DNA of 64,000 nt from positions 4,104 to 68,103 of the forward strand of contig DAITZZ010000005.1 in the NCBI GenBank assembly GCA_036840065.1, in the 5' to 3' direction. Each line of letters opens with the position of its first letter. Position 1 is the first letter of the stretch. Positions 17,531 through 26,636 of this stretch are shown here, piece after piece. The DNA comes from a bacterium (GTDB lineage Bacteria; Bacteroidota; Ignavibacteria; Kapaibacteriales; Kapaibacteriaceae). Made by a program: the position numbers and the translations under genes. A model generated the notes under the pieces. That model was not told the DNA's origin and searched no databases. It saw only the letters and a program-made list of their open reading frames with translations.

Positions 17531-18607
17531 ATGGCAGCATCGCAGCGACTGGCCTTTCTTGATGCGGCACGCGGGATCGCCGTGCTATGGATGATCCAGG
17601 TACACGTCACGAACGTCATCCTCGATCCGGCGCTTCGTTCGTCGATGGTGTTCAACATCCTGAACATCTCCAATGGCTACGTCGCCCCCACCTTCATCTT
17701 CTGTGCCGGGTCGGGCCTGTGGATTGCCCTCTCCCGCAAAGGACCAAAGTACCTGGAGTTTGGCAGTGACCTGTTAACGTATCTCCGTCGCCTGGCCTAC
17801 GTTCTCTTCTGTGCCTACGTTCTGCACGCACCGATCTACTCACTCGGACAGATGATCAATGCTCCGGCATCGACGTGGATGAGCTGGGCGCAGCTGGACG
17901 TGCTGCACGTGATCGTCTATGCATCGCTGGGCGCACTTGCCGTTTTCCTTGCACTTCGAGATCTCGGGAAGGCAACGATCGCCTACGCCTGCATCGCAGC
18001 CATCATCTTCGGCCTCTCCTGGATGGTCCCAAAGAGTGAGCTCAGCCAATTTCCTCTGTTCCCCTGGAGCGGCTATCTGTTCACCGGAGCGGCCATCACC
18101 GGATGGTTCATGCAAACGTCCGACCGCGACAAGTTGGCACGGATGTTTGTGATCATGGGGCTTGCCGGACCCGTTGTACTGTTTCTGAGCTTCTTTTACG
18201 GACCATCCATGCCGTGGGACGGCGTCTGGTGGCGCTCTCCGGGCGGCTTGCTGTTTCGGGTGTGTGCAACGCTACTGCTGCTCGGTCTGCTGTATCGGTG
18301 GGAATCATCGATACCGAACACGAAGGTCGGGCGCTTTCTTGTCACGCTGGGCAATGAGTCGCTGTTCATGTACGTGAGTCACCTGCTGCTCGTGTACGGT
18401 TCACTGGCTCCGTGGCTCGACAACATCCATGGCACCCATCACGTTGGATATGGACCGAACTTCCTGATCTGGATCCTCGTCAGTGCCGGCTTTTCCGGAT
18501 TGATGCTCGCATGGCACTGGCTCAAACGGGAGCGCCCGTCGATGGCAGCAACGATCATTCGGCTGCAGATCATTGGCATTATCACGTACTTCATCCTCCG
18601 ACCCTGA
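17531..18607 (+). CDS. Integral membrane acyltransferase-3 / DUF1624 (HGSNAT-like) family protein
   Basis: N-terminal FLDAARGIAVLWMIQVHV (the D-x-x-R...M-x-x-x-H signature of the family) and about 10 hydrophobic segments. Confidence 0.75.
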   Translation: MAASQRLAFLDAARGIAVLWMIQVHVTNVILDPALRSSMVFNILNISNGYVAPTFIFCAGSGLWIALSRKGPKYLEFGSDLLTYLRRLAYVLFCAYVLHAPIYSLGQMINAPASTWMSWAQLDVLHVIVYASLGALAVFLALRDLGKATIAYACIAAIIFGLSWMVPKSELSQFPLFPWSGYLFTGAAITGWFMQTSDRDKLARMFVIMGLAGPVVLFLSFFYGPSMPWDGVWWRSPGGLLFRVCATLLLLGLLYRWESSIPNTKVGRFLVTLGNESLFMYVSHLLLVYGSLAPWLDNIHGTHHVGYGPNFLIWILVSAGFSGLMLAWHWLKRERPSMAATIIRLQIIGIITYFILRP

Positions 18608-18621
18608 CAAGCCCTATAAAC

Positions 18622-18645
18622 CGACAACGGCCAGCCCCTTTCGAG
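18622..18645. terminator. Weak GC-rich hairpin between convergent genes (possible bidirectional terminator)
   Basis: GGCCaGCC / GGCcGGCC arms with one mismatch and an 8-nt loop. No clear U-tract on either strand. Confidence 0.3.
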
Positions 18646-18680
18646 GCCGGCCGCAGCGGCGTTCTGTTCACGATCGGTGA

Positions 18681-21600
18681 TCAGCGGGTCACGGTGACAG
18701 GTGTCGTCATGGTTCCGCGCTCACCAGAGATCGTCAGGTAGTAAAGACCGGTAGCAAGGTCCGCCGTGATGAGCCGGAACTCATACACGCCTGCCTGCTG
18801 CGCAGCATTCGCAAAGAATGTTGCTGCAACGGCGCCCGTTGCATCGGTCAGTCGGACGGTTACCACGTCGGCATTCGCAAGCTGATAGCGAACGGTCGCG
18901 GCATCCATCGTCGGGTTAGGGAACACGCTTCCGGTGATGCCGGCGCGCATCTGGTCGTCTTCACGTACGGAGGTGTTCGGCGTCTTTGCTCGATACTCGC
19001 GGTTAACCGGATCATACTCCGACCAAGGAAGATCCCAGCGCTGCAGTCCAAACGCGCCGCGGAAGGCTACCTTCTCGAAGAAGCTGTCGGCCGCCTTGCC
19101 GGCAAATGCCGCAGAGTTTTCAAGGGGGCTTCCGGTCTTGATCGCTGGATTGAAGTCGATGTTCGTCGGGAATGGATTCTCGAGCATTGCACCGGCCGGC
19201 GAGCTCTTGTCAACAACATTTCCGTATTCGGCCTTTCCAAGCCAGCTGGCATCAATGCCCGCAGGAGCCGTGCCGCCGGCAAGTGTCAGAACAGCACCCT
19301 TAACGCCATACCATGAGTTGTTGCGAATCTCGATCGAATCGCCAGCCGCTGCGATCATCGTTGGCACCTGAGCGAACTCAAAACCACGCGGCCATCCTAC
19401 GAAGACGGAGTTGTGGATGGACTGACGTGAATTGCGGCGGATCTGAGCGGCTGCACCAAAGCGTGTGCTGTACTGGTTCGCACCGGAGCCCGCAGTCCAC
19501 GCCGTGTCCTGCACCGGACCGATAGCCGTGATGTTGCTGAATGTTGCCGATGTGAACGGCTGATTGTACGAGGCCTGCGCGTCGTTGTCGGACTCGAATG
19601 CTTGTGATGTTGACACATCGGCAATTGTGCGATAGCGCTGGACCACACCGAACTGCACTTTCCCGCTGAAACCGTTGTCGGTATCGAAGTCGTCATCCAG
19701 GATGCCCGTCGAGATCAGATACTTCGAATTGACCGTTCCGCCGAACCACTCAAAGCCGTCATCGTTACCGTAGGACACCTGAACGTAGTCGATGGCTGTG
19801 CCGCGGCCGACGCCACCCATTGTGAGCGAGTTCAGTTCGGAGTTTGGCTGCGTGGCAATACCGGCAAACTCGATGCGGACGTACTTGAGAACGCCACTGT
19901 TGTCGTCGTCATCTGTTCCGCCATACCACCCCTTGCCACCCGGAGTCTGTGATGCCACGCCGCCTTCCAGTGCAGCCTGTCCGGCTGGCTGATTGATGCG
20001 TGCTTTACCACAGATCAGGATGCCGCCCCAGTCACCCCGGGCACGCTGTCCGGGAACAGCACGCGAGGTGAAAATGATCGGGTCCTGCGCCGTGCCTTCG
20101 GCCAGGATCTTGCCACCACGATTGATCACAAGGGCCGAGTTGTTGCCGGGCTCATCACCGACAATGATCGTGCCCTTCTCAATTTCAAGTGTTGCTCCGT
20201 CGTTGACGTAGACGTAGCCCTTGAGTCCATAGATCTTGGTGTTGACGAGTTTTACACGACCTGTGATCTCGCCTTCGAGGATAGAGTCGACCTTGATCGG
20301 TGCCGGAGCAATGACCTCGAATGGCTGATCGTTAATGTCAAACTTCGTCGTGTCGCTCAGCAGGGTCATCTTCACATATCCGCTCTTGGTCTGATCCTCC
20401 GGACGGAACACGATTGCGCCGGCAAACGAACCGCGGCGTGTTGCACTGTCGAGGACATTGGATAGACCGTTGATCGCCTTCCACGGGCCTTCCGGACTCT
20501 TACCAAACTCAAAGCGCCAGCGACGGCGGAATGTATTCGTTGTATCCCAGCGCACATCCACTGACTGTCCGACGCGGAAGACCTTGTTGTTTCCGCCCGG
20601 CTCGATAAGACGCACGGTTGGCTCAACCACCACGGGAGCTTCGATGGCGAATGGGAAGTCTGAAACATCGAAGACGGAAGGGTCACTAGCCAGCGTCATG
20701 CGGATGTAACCACTGTTCGTAACGATGTTGGGTGTTGTAAATCCATCCTTCAGCATGCCACGCGTGGCACCGGCGTCCGTTACGCTCTCAGCTCCTGCGA
20801 TCGGCTGCCATGGTCCGGTTGCCGACGTTGCGAATTCGAACCTGTACGTGTTGCCGGCAGCGCCCGAAGTGTCCCACGTGATCGTGAGTTTCTGACCCTG
20901 CTGATACTTTTCACCGGCAGCCGCCCCCGGCGACACGAGGCGAACAAGGGGCTGTGCACGATACTCACGGTTAACCGGATCGTATTCGGCCCAACCTGCG
21001 TCCCACCTGTCTGCACCGTCAGAAAACGCACCACGATACGATACGCGCTGGAAGTAGCTATCCGAGATTTGAACAAGTGGAGAACCATTGTCAAAGCTTC
21101 CGGTCGACAGGTAAGAGGCCACGCCCAGCGGACGCGGATCGAAGGTGTTGTCGTTTGGCCATGGATTGGCGATGAAGGCGTTGTTCGTGTTGCCCTTTTC
21201 CACCTCATTATTGAATCCGCTCTTGAGCAGCCAGTTCGCATCCATGCCCGATGGCGGTGTCCCGCTGGCGAGTGTCAGAGTAGCCCCCTTGACACCGAAC
21301 CAGCTGTTGTTGCGCACCATCAGGGTGTCACCATTGGCGGCAACCATCGTTGGAGCCTGGGCGATCTCAAAACCGCGCGGCCAGCCAACGAAGACCGTGT
21401 TGAAGATGCTTGCACGAGCATTGCGACGGATCTGCGCCGCTGCTCCGTAACGTGAACTGTATTGATTGACTCCACTGCCGACCGTCCAGGCCGTATCCTG
21501 CAGCGGTCCGATGACCGTGAAGTTCGAGAAGATTGGCACAGTGCGTGGGTTATTGAACGAGCTGGTCGCATCATTGTCGATCTCAAAGGCCTGTGACGTG

Positions 21601-22709
21601 GAAACATCGGCCACGGTACGGAATCGCTTCACGAGACCGAACTGCACCTTGCCGGAAAATCCGTTGTCGCAGTCGAAGTCATCATCAAGTGTGCCGTAGG
21701 CGATCAGATACTTGCCGTTGACCGAGCCACCGAACCATTCGAAGGCGTCATCGTTTCCATACGAGCACTGCACGTACTCGATCACCGTGCCACGACCCAC
21801 ACCACCAAGCGTGAGCGAGTTCAACTCCGAGTTTGGCTGCGTTGCGATACCTGCGAATTCAATGCGGACATAGCGCAGAATGCCACTGTTGTCGTCGTCA
21901 TCCGTTCCTCCGTACCATCCCTTACCACCGGCGGTCTGATCGGCAACGCCACCTTCAAGGGCAGCCTGTCCGGCTGGCTGATTGACGCGGGCCTTGCCGC
22001 AGATGAGGATTCCACCCCAGTCACCGCGAGCACGCTGTCCCGGCGCTGCACGCGATGTGAAGACGATCGGACGCTCCTTTGTTCCGTCGGCAATGAGCTT
22101 TCCGCCACGGTTGATGACCAGCGCTGAGTTCGCACCGGGTGTATCGCCGACGATGATCGTGCCCGGCTCCACCGTCAGTGTGGCTCCATTGTTCACGTAC
22201 ACATAGCCGCTGATGCCGTAGATCTTCGTCGCACGAAGAGTGATCGATGTGCTGATCTCACCGCTGAGAATTGAATCCGGTTGGATGACACGGGGCTCTT
22301 CGATCGTGAAGGGATTGTCGGTGATGTCGAAGACCGTCGGATCGGCAATCAGTTCCATGCGGATGTATCCGGATGTTGTTGGCACGTTCGGAACGCGCCA
22401 GCCCCCTGAGGTCGGCACTGACTGACCGCGCGTTGCGCCGGAGTCAAGTACGTTCGTCAGGCCCGTAAGCGCCGTCCACGGTCCTGCAGGAGACGTTCCA
22501 AAGAGAAAGCGCCACCGAGCACGGAACGTGCCGGCTGTGTCCCAACGCATTTCCTGTGTCGTTCCCGGACGAAATGTCTCGCCCCCATTAGGTGTTCGTA
22601 TGGAACAGGAAGAAGGGTTCTGAGCAAGGGATGTTGCCGTTAGGCACATCAGCATTGCAAGGATGGTGACTACGGTGCGCATAGATCTCTCCGTGTGGAT
22701 ATTGGTCAT
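18681..22709 (-). CDS. Large secreted protein of unknown family: Ig-like domains plus two tandem copies of a beta-helix-like module, with a T9SS C-terminal sorting domain
   Basis: Signal peptide MRTVVTILAMLMCLTATSLAQ. There are two roughly 540-aa copies offset by 663 aa. They share GDWGGILICGKAR, GGTDDDDNSG, NSELNSLT-GGVGRGT, DD-FEWFGG, DDDFD-DNGFSGKVQFG, SQAFE-DND, GAAAQIRRN and GWPRGFE. The C-terminus is FPNPTMDAATVRYQL...GLYYLTISGERGTMTTPVTVTR. Confidence 0.85.
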   Translation of the reverse strand: MTNIHTERSMRTVVTILAMLMCLTATSLAQNPSSCSIRTPNGGETFRPGTTQEMRWDTAGTFRARWRFLFGTSPAGPWTALTGLTNVLDSGATRGQSVPTSGGWRVPNVPTTSGYIRMELIADPTVFDITDNPFTIEEPRVIQPDSILSGEISTSITLRATKIYGISGYVYVNNGATLTVEPGTIIVGDTPGANSALVINRGGKLIADGTKERPIVFTSRAAPGQRARGDWGGILICGKARVNQPAGQAALEGGVADQTAGGKGWYGGTDDDDNSGILRYVRIEFAGIATQPNSELNSLTLGGVGRGTVIEYVQCSYGNDDAFEWFGGSVNGKYLIAYGTLDDDFDCDNGFSGKVQFGLVKRFRTVADVSTSQAFEIDNDATSSFNNPRTVPIFSNFTVIGPLQDTAWTVGSGVNQYSSRYGAAAQIRRNARASIFNTVFVGWPRGFEIAQAPTMVAANGDTLMVRNNSWFGVKGATLTLASGTPPSGMDANWLLKSGFNNEVEKGNTNNAFIANPWPNDNTFDPRPLGVASYLSTGSFDNGSPLVQISDSYFQRVSYRGAFSDGADRWDAGWAEYDPVNREYRAQPLVRLVSPGAAAGEKYQQGQKLTITWDTSGAAGNTYRFEFATSATGPWQPIAGAESVTDAGATRGMLKDGFTTPNIVTNSGYIRMTLASDPSVFDVSDFPFAIEAPVVVEPTVRLIEPGGNNKVFRVGQSVDVRWDTTNTFRRRWRFEFGKSPEGPWKAINGLSNVLDSATRRGSFAGAIVFRPEDQTKSGYVKMTLLSDTTKFDINDQPFEVIAPAPIKVDSILEGEITGRVKLVNTKIYGLKGYVYVNDGATLEIEKGTIIVGDEPGNNSALVINRGGKILAEGTAQDPIIFTSRAVPGQRARGDWGGILICGKARINQPAGQAALEGGVASQTPGGKGWYGGTDDDDNSGVLKYVRIEFAGIATQPNSELNSLTMGGVGRGTAIDYVQVSYGNDDGFEWFGGTVNSKYLISTGILDDDFDTDNGFSGKVQFGVVQRYRTIADVSTSQAFESDNDAQASYNQPFTSATFSNITAIGPVQDTAWTAGSGANQYSTRFGAAAQIRRNSRQSIHNSVFVGWPRGFEFAQVPTMIAAAGDSIEIRNNSWYGVKGAVLTLAGGTAPAGIDASWLGKAEYGNVVDKSSPAGAMLENPFPTNIDFNPAIKTGSPLENSAAFAGKAADSFFEKVAFRGAFGLQRWDLPWSEYDPVNREYRAKTPNTSVREDDQMRAGITGSVFPNPTMDAATVRYQLANADVVTVRLTDATGAVAATFFANAAQQAGVYEFRLITADLATGLYYLTISGERGTMTTPVTVTR
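18684..18926 (-). other. T9SS C-terminal sorting domain (Por_Secre_tail-like)
   Basis: VFPNPTMDAATVRYQLANADVVTVRLTDATGAVAATFF...AGVYEFRLITADLATGLYYLTISGERGTMTTPVTVTR. Confidence 0.75.
18990..20615 (-). repeat. Intragenic tandem duplication, copy 2 (protein residues about 699-1240)
   Basis: Aligns residue-for-residue with residues about 36-585 at a constant offset of 663 aa (1989 nt). Spurious plus-strand ORFs 19993..20211 and 21982..22206 are also visibly homologous, which shows DNA-level similarity. Confidence 0.9.
20955..22604 (-). repeat. Intragenic tandem duplication, copy 1 (protein residues about 36-585)
   Basis: See copy 2. An extra Ig-like domain (residues about 590-690, nt 20640..20942) sits between the copies. 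Confidence 0.9.
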
Positions 22710-22711
22710 GA

Positions 22712-25558
22712 TTACATTCTATAGCCAAGGCCAAGGCTTACACCCATGCCTCGGATGTTGGACTGAATGAGAGCACCATTCTGCTCCCACTTGAGTGATT
22801 GATTGAGAAGGTCACGTATGCTCATCTTCAGTTCGAGAGCATCACCGAATGGCTGGATGACCGAGAAGTCGATCACATGCCGTGGCAGTTCATACACGTG
22901 CGGATCGCCCTGGAACACACCAACGAGGTTGACCTGGATGATGCGGCGGCCATACGTGTTGTAGGCAAGCGTGACGGCCGTGCGTGTTGATGGGTTGAAG
23001 TACGAAAGCGTTGTGTTGATGGTGTAGGGGCTCTGTCCCCACATCGAGCGCTCATCATTCACACCAGCCTGCTGAACAATGATCCTCGAATCGATGAAGG
23101 CTGCATTGACCGACACCATGAAGTCGCGCATCACTCCGCCAAAGAATCCCAGCGACTTGCGCACTTCGAGTTCGACTCCGAGGTTGTTTGCTGGACCGCT
23201 GGCGTTCGCATACGAGCGGACAAGCTCAGACTGCTGCGGGAAGAGCGTTTCCTCGATCGCATTTTCAAAGCGCTTGTAGAAAACGCCGGCAGAGAGAACT
23301 TCGCCGGCGGACGGGAAGTACTCAACACGCAGGTCGTAGTTCTGAATCAGTGCCCGAACAAGGTTCGGATTACCCGACACTGTTGCCTGCAAACCAAAGT
23401 CGTAAAACTGGAAGGGGGCGAATTCCCGAAGAGACGGACGCGCAAGCGTTTGTGACGCTGATGTCCGAATGTTGAGATTTTCGAATGGACGGACGATCAG
23501 ATTGAATGCCGGGAGAATATCCACGATGTCGCGATTGACATTCACACGATCGTCCGTGACAGTGAAGGAGTTCAGAAGCTGGATGTTCTTTTCCACCCGT
23601 GCACCAGTCACGAGACGAACATCAAGGCCGGAGATCTGAAATGGCACGTCGACCATCACATATCCGGCAACGAGGTTTTCCATAGCGTCGTACTGGTCGC
23701 TGAGCTTTGAGTCCTCAGAGTAGCTCAGACGCTGTTTTTCGACGCTGAAGTTGCTATCGGCAAAGAACCGTCCCAGGTCGGGATACATCTCGTTGCCCGT
23801 GATGGTGAGGCTGCCTGAGATGTCGTTCTCAGCCCCCTGCACGATCGTTAACGAGCGAGCGTTGAATGTGCGCGAGCGGTTCTCAAACAGGCTGCCAAAC
23901 TTGAGCTTGATTTCGGTGGTGATCGGAATGGTAACGTTCACCGAGCCGCTGACGGCATGATCGTCGAGCTCCGAGAAGAAGCGTCCTGCACGTGACCCAG
24001 CGCCCTGCGGAGAGAGATCGAATGCCGCCGTGAATGGTTGGTTCGGATCAAATGCATCACGCAGGAATTGCAGACGTCGGAAATCCGGCTCTGATCGAGT
24101 AGAGTTTGAGTATCCGAGCTTCCAGTCAAGAAGGAGATTGCCAAGAGAGCCAACATTGTGCTCACCCGTCAATGCACCCGAGTAGAGCTGCTTTTCGACG
24201 TACTGGAAGGAAAACAGTCGCTGGTCCTGTGACTGTGCAAAGTTGGTTCCGCTGAGAGAGATGTTCTCCATGTCTCCCGAGCGATTGTAGGCGTTCTTGA
24301 AGCTGATGCGGCCACCGCTACCGACTCGGTAGGCGATGTTGAACAGGCCACCCCACGAGACAGACTGCGTGGACTGGATACCGTTGAACTTGAAGAGAAA
24401 GTCATCCGGATTTGACAGGACACCGGCGCGTGTAATGACATTGTTCTGCCATGACGTTCCGTAGTTGGCTGATGCAACAAATCCCACTTCCTGAGTATCG
24501 CTGATCGGGATGATGTTGGTATACGTCAGCGACAGGCCACCATTCGGGGTTGCCGTCGACGATGAGCTGGCCCAGTTGCCGTTGTTGAAGTCACGACCAA
24601 ATCCGTCCATCTTGGCAATTGCATCAGCATTGCCCGAGCGCACATCGCGCAGAAGCTGATTCATCTCCAGCCGGTTCTGCGGGAACCCATTCGGCAAGGC
24701 CCGACCCGCGCTACCCATGGCGAAGTTGTCTCCGGCAACACTCCCTGCGGAAAAGAACGCGTTGTCCTTGAACGTGACAAAGTCATTGAAGCCCTGCGAT
24801 GCTGAGACCTTAAGCCCCTTGCTTGACGGGAAGTCTACCGTGTTGAGCTGGACAAGACCGCCAGCGAAGTTGCCCGGCAGATCTGGAGTGAATGATTTGA
24901 CGACATTCGCGTTCTCAAGCAGATCCGTCGGAAACATGTCGAACGCAAATGCCTTGCGGTCCGGCTCGGTTGACGTCAGGGCAGCCCCGTTCAGCGTTGT
25001 ATTGCTGTAGCGGTCACTCACACCGCGCACATACACATACTTGCCGTCGAGCAGCGTCACACCGGAAACACGCTTGAGTGCCTGTCCGGCATCGCTGTCG
25101 GGCAGCTTCGACATTTCTTCTCGGCCGACGCCGTCGCTTACCTGCGACGCGTTCTTGCGTTCGATAAGCATGGCTGCAGCGTTGTCGTTGATCTTTGCTG
25201 CGGCCACGACGACTTCCTTGCCAGCACGTGAGGTTGCACTTACCAGTACGCTCACAGTTGTTACGGCATCGGGATTGACCACGACACCTTCGACGATACG
25301 GGGCTCATAGCCGACGTAGGTAACACGCAGCGAATACGTGCCAGGCACAAGATTCTTGATCTTGAAGGCGCCCTTTGTGTCAGAGTAGCCACCGCGCTTC
25401 GTATCAACAACTGATATACTGGCCTGACGCAGTGCTTCACCGGTGGAAGCATCTGTAACTTTGCCCTCGATCGAGCCGTTTTGCGCCATGCTGACGGCGC
25501 AGGCCAGCGCCAGCACGACGAGAATTGTCGCAGTTTTCATTGGAATCATCGACCTCAT
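22712..25558 (-). CDS. TonB-dependent outer-membrane receptor with N-terminal carboxypeptidase-regulatory-like domain
   Basis: Signal peptide MKTATILVVLALACAVSMAQ and CarboxypepD_reg (GSIEGKVTDASTGEALRQASISVVDTKRGGYSDTKGAFKIKNLVPGTYSLRV). The plug is KYVYVRGVSDRYSNTTLNGAALTSTEPDRKAFAFDMFP, followed by a roughly 700-aa barrel. The start could be 25558, 25549 or 25540. Confidence 0.92.
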   Translation of the reverse strand: MRSMIPMKTATILVVLALACAVSMAQNGSIEGKVTDASTGEALRQASISVVDTKRGGYSDTKGAFKIKNLVPGTYSLRVTYVGYEPRIVEGVVVNPDAVTTVSVLVSATSRAGKEVVVAAAKINDNAAAMLIERKNASQVSDGVGREEMSKLPDSDAGQALKRVSGVTLLDGKYVYVRGVSDRYSNTTLNGAALTSTEPDRKAFAFDMFPTDLLENANVVKSFTPDLPGNFAGGLVQLNTVDFPSSKGLKVSASQGFNDFVTFKDNAFFSAGSVAGDNFAMGSAGRALPNGFPQNRLEMNQLLRDVRSGNADAIAKMDGFGRDFNNGNWASSSSTATPNGGLSLTYTNIIPISDTQEVGFVASANYGTSWQNNVITRAGVLSNPDDFLFKFNGIQSTQSVSWGGLFNIAYRVGSGGRISFKNAYNRSGDMENISLSGTNFAQSQDQRLFSFQYVEKQLYSGALTGEHNVGSLGNLLLDWKLGYSNSTRSEPDFRRLQFLRDAFDPNQPFTAAFDLSPQGAGSRAGRFFSELDDHAVSGSVNVTIPITTEIKLKFGSLFENRSRTFNARSLTIVQGAENDISGSLTITGNEMYPDLGRFFADSNFSVEKQRLSYSEDSKLSDQYDAMENLVAGYVMVDVPFQISGLDVRLVTGARVEKNIQLLNSFTVTDDRVNVNRDIVDILPAFNLIVRPFENLNIRTSASQTLARPSLREFAPFQFYDFGLQATVSGNPNLVRALIQNYDLRVEYFPSAGEVLSAGVFYKRFENAIEETLFPQQSELVRSYANASGPANNLGVELEVRKSLGFFGGVMRDFMVSVNAAFIDSRIIVQQAGVNDERSMWGQSPYTINTTLSYFNPSTRTAVTLAYNTYGRRIIQVNLVGVFQGDPHVYELPRHVIDFSVIQPFGDALELKMSIRDLLNQSLKWEQNGALIQSNIRGMGVSLGLGYRM

Positions 25559-25649
25559 GAACGGGAACAGAACGAACGTCTTCGAAACTATCGGCGCCCT
25601 GTTAGGTGCGTGTTATCGCAGTGTTACCTATCCTTTACACTGCCTCAGC

Positions 25650-26636
25650 ATGGCGCTTTTCTGCGTCATTGCTCTGTTTTCGGTGCACTCGCAGGCCGTT
25701 TCACAGACGCAGCGCGTCATGATCGCCAGGATCGATGCCGATTCGGCCGACCCTGCACTGCATCCATCGAAGCTGATCGCAGGGCTGACCCTTGCCTTTG
25801 AATCAACGAAGCAGTACGTGGTCGTACCCAATGAGGTGCGCGACTCCGTGGCGCGCGCCATCGGCGACTCAGCCACCTACCAGCGCGTTGCTGATTCACT
25901 TGGTGCAGAGATCATCGTCTTCGCCTCCGTGGCCCGCATCGAAAATCTCGTCCGCTCGGAACTGGTCATTGCAGGGGGCGATGGGTTCACCTTCTCGACC
26001 GGCGGGCATGGGTATGGCGTGACATTCCTTCGGAGTGATTCGACGCGGTCGATGATCCATGACCCGGCAATATTGAGTTCCATGCAGAGGGCTCTCTGCC
26101 TGTCGCTGCGCGACTCGTCACTCTATGCCAAGGCCGATGACGCCCTGCGCGTCCGGCCGGCCTCATTGCTCGGTATCGGGGGCATCAACTTCGTGGACAA
26201 GCCCACGGATTTCATTCCTTGGTCAACCTTCAAAGAGAAGGTCCCTGCATCCTACGACATGGTGCAGAGTATTACGGCGGCACTTCGGTACCTCGACGAG
26301 TACATTGTCATCGACACCGACACGCGCGACTCGATCTATGCCAAGGCCGGCCTCTATCTCGTCGAGAACTATAATCCGGTAACGGTGCCGGAGCTGAAGA
26401 CCCTTCGGGCCTTTGACATCGACCGTATCATCACCGGACGCTACGAGCGGACCTCTGCCGGTGCAGACCTGACACTCTATCTGCAGGAAATCGGATCCAA
26501 GGGTGAACTCACGACGCTCAAGAAAGCCACAAGCACTATTGAGCTCGACACCAAGCAGGCGCTTCAGGATGTTGTGCGCGCGTGCCTACGACAGCTGTTC
26601 TCGGTGATCAGCGAACAATCGGAACGTAAGCCGTGA
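25650..26636 (+). CDS. Hypothetical secreted protein, two-lobed, no recognisable family
   Basis: Long open frame with a putative signal peptide MALFCVIALFSVHSQAVSQ; an alternative ATG lies at 25557. It is divergent from the TonB receptor, and its 3' end overlaps the next convergent gene by 29 nt. Confidence 0.55.
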   Translation: MALFCVIALFSVHSQAVSQTQRVMIARIDADSADPALHPSKLIAGLTLAFESTKQYVVVPNEVRDSVARAIGDSATYQRVADSLGAEIIVFASVARIENLVRSELVIAGGDGFTFSTGGHGYGVTFLRSDSTRSMIHDPAILSSMQRALCLSLRDSSLYAKADDALRVRPASLLGIGGINFVDKPTDFIPWSTFKEKVPASYDMVQSITAALRYLDEYIVIDTDTRDSIYAKAGLYLVENYNPVTVPELKTLRAFDIDRIITGRYERTSAGADLTLYLQEIGSKGELTTLKKATSTIELDTKQALQDVVRACLRQLFSVISEQSERKP

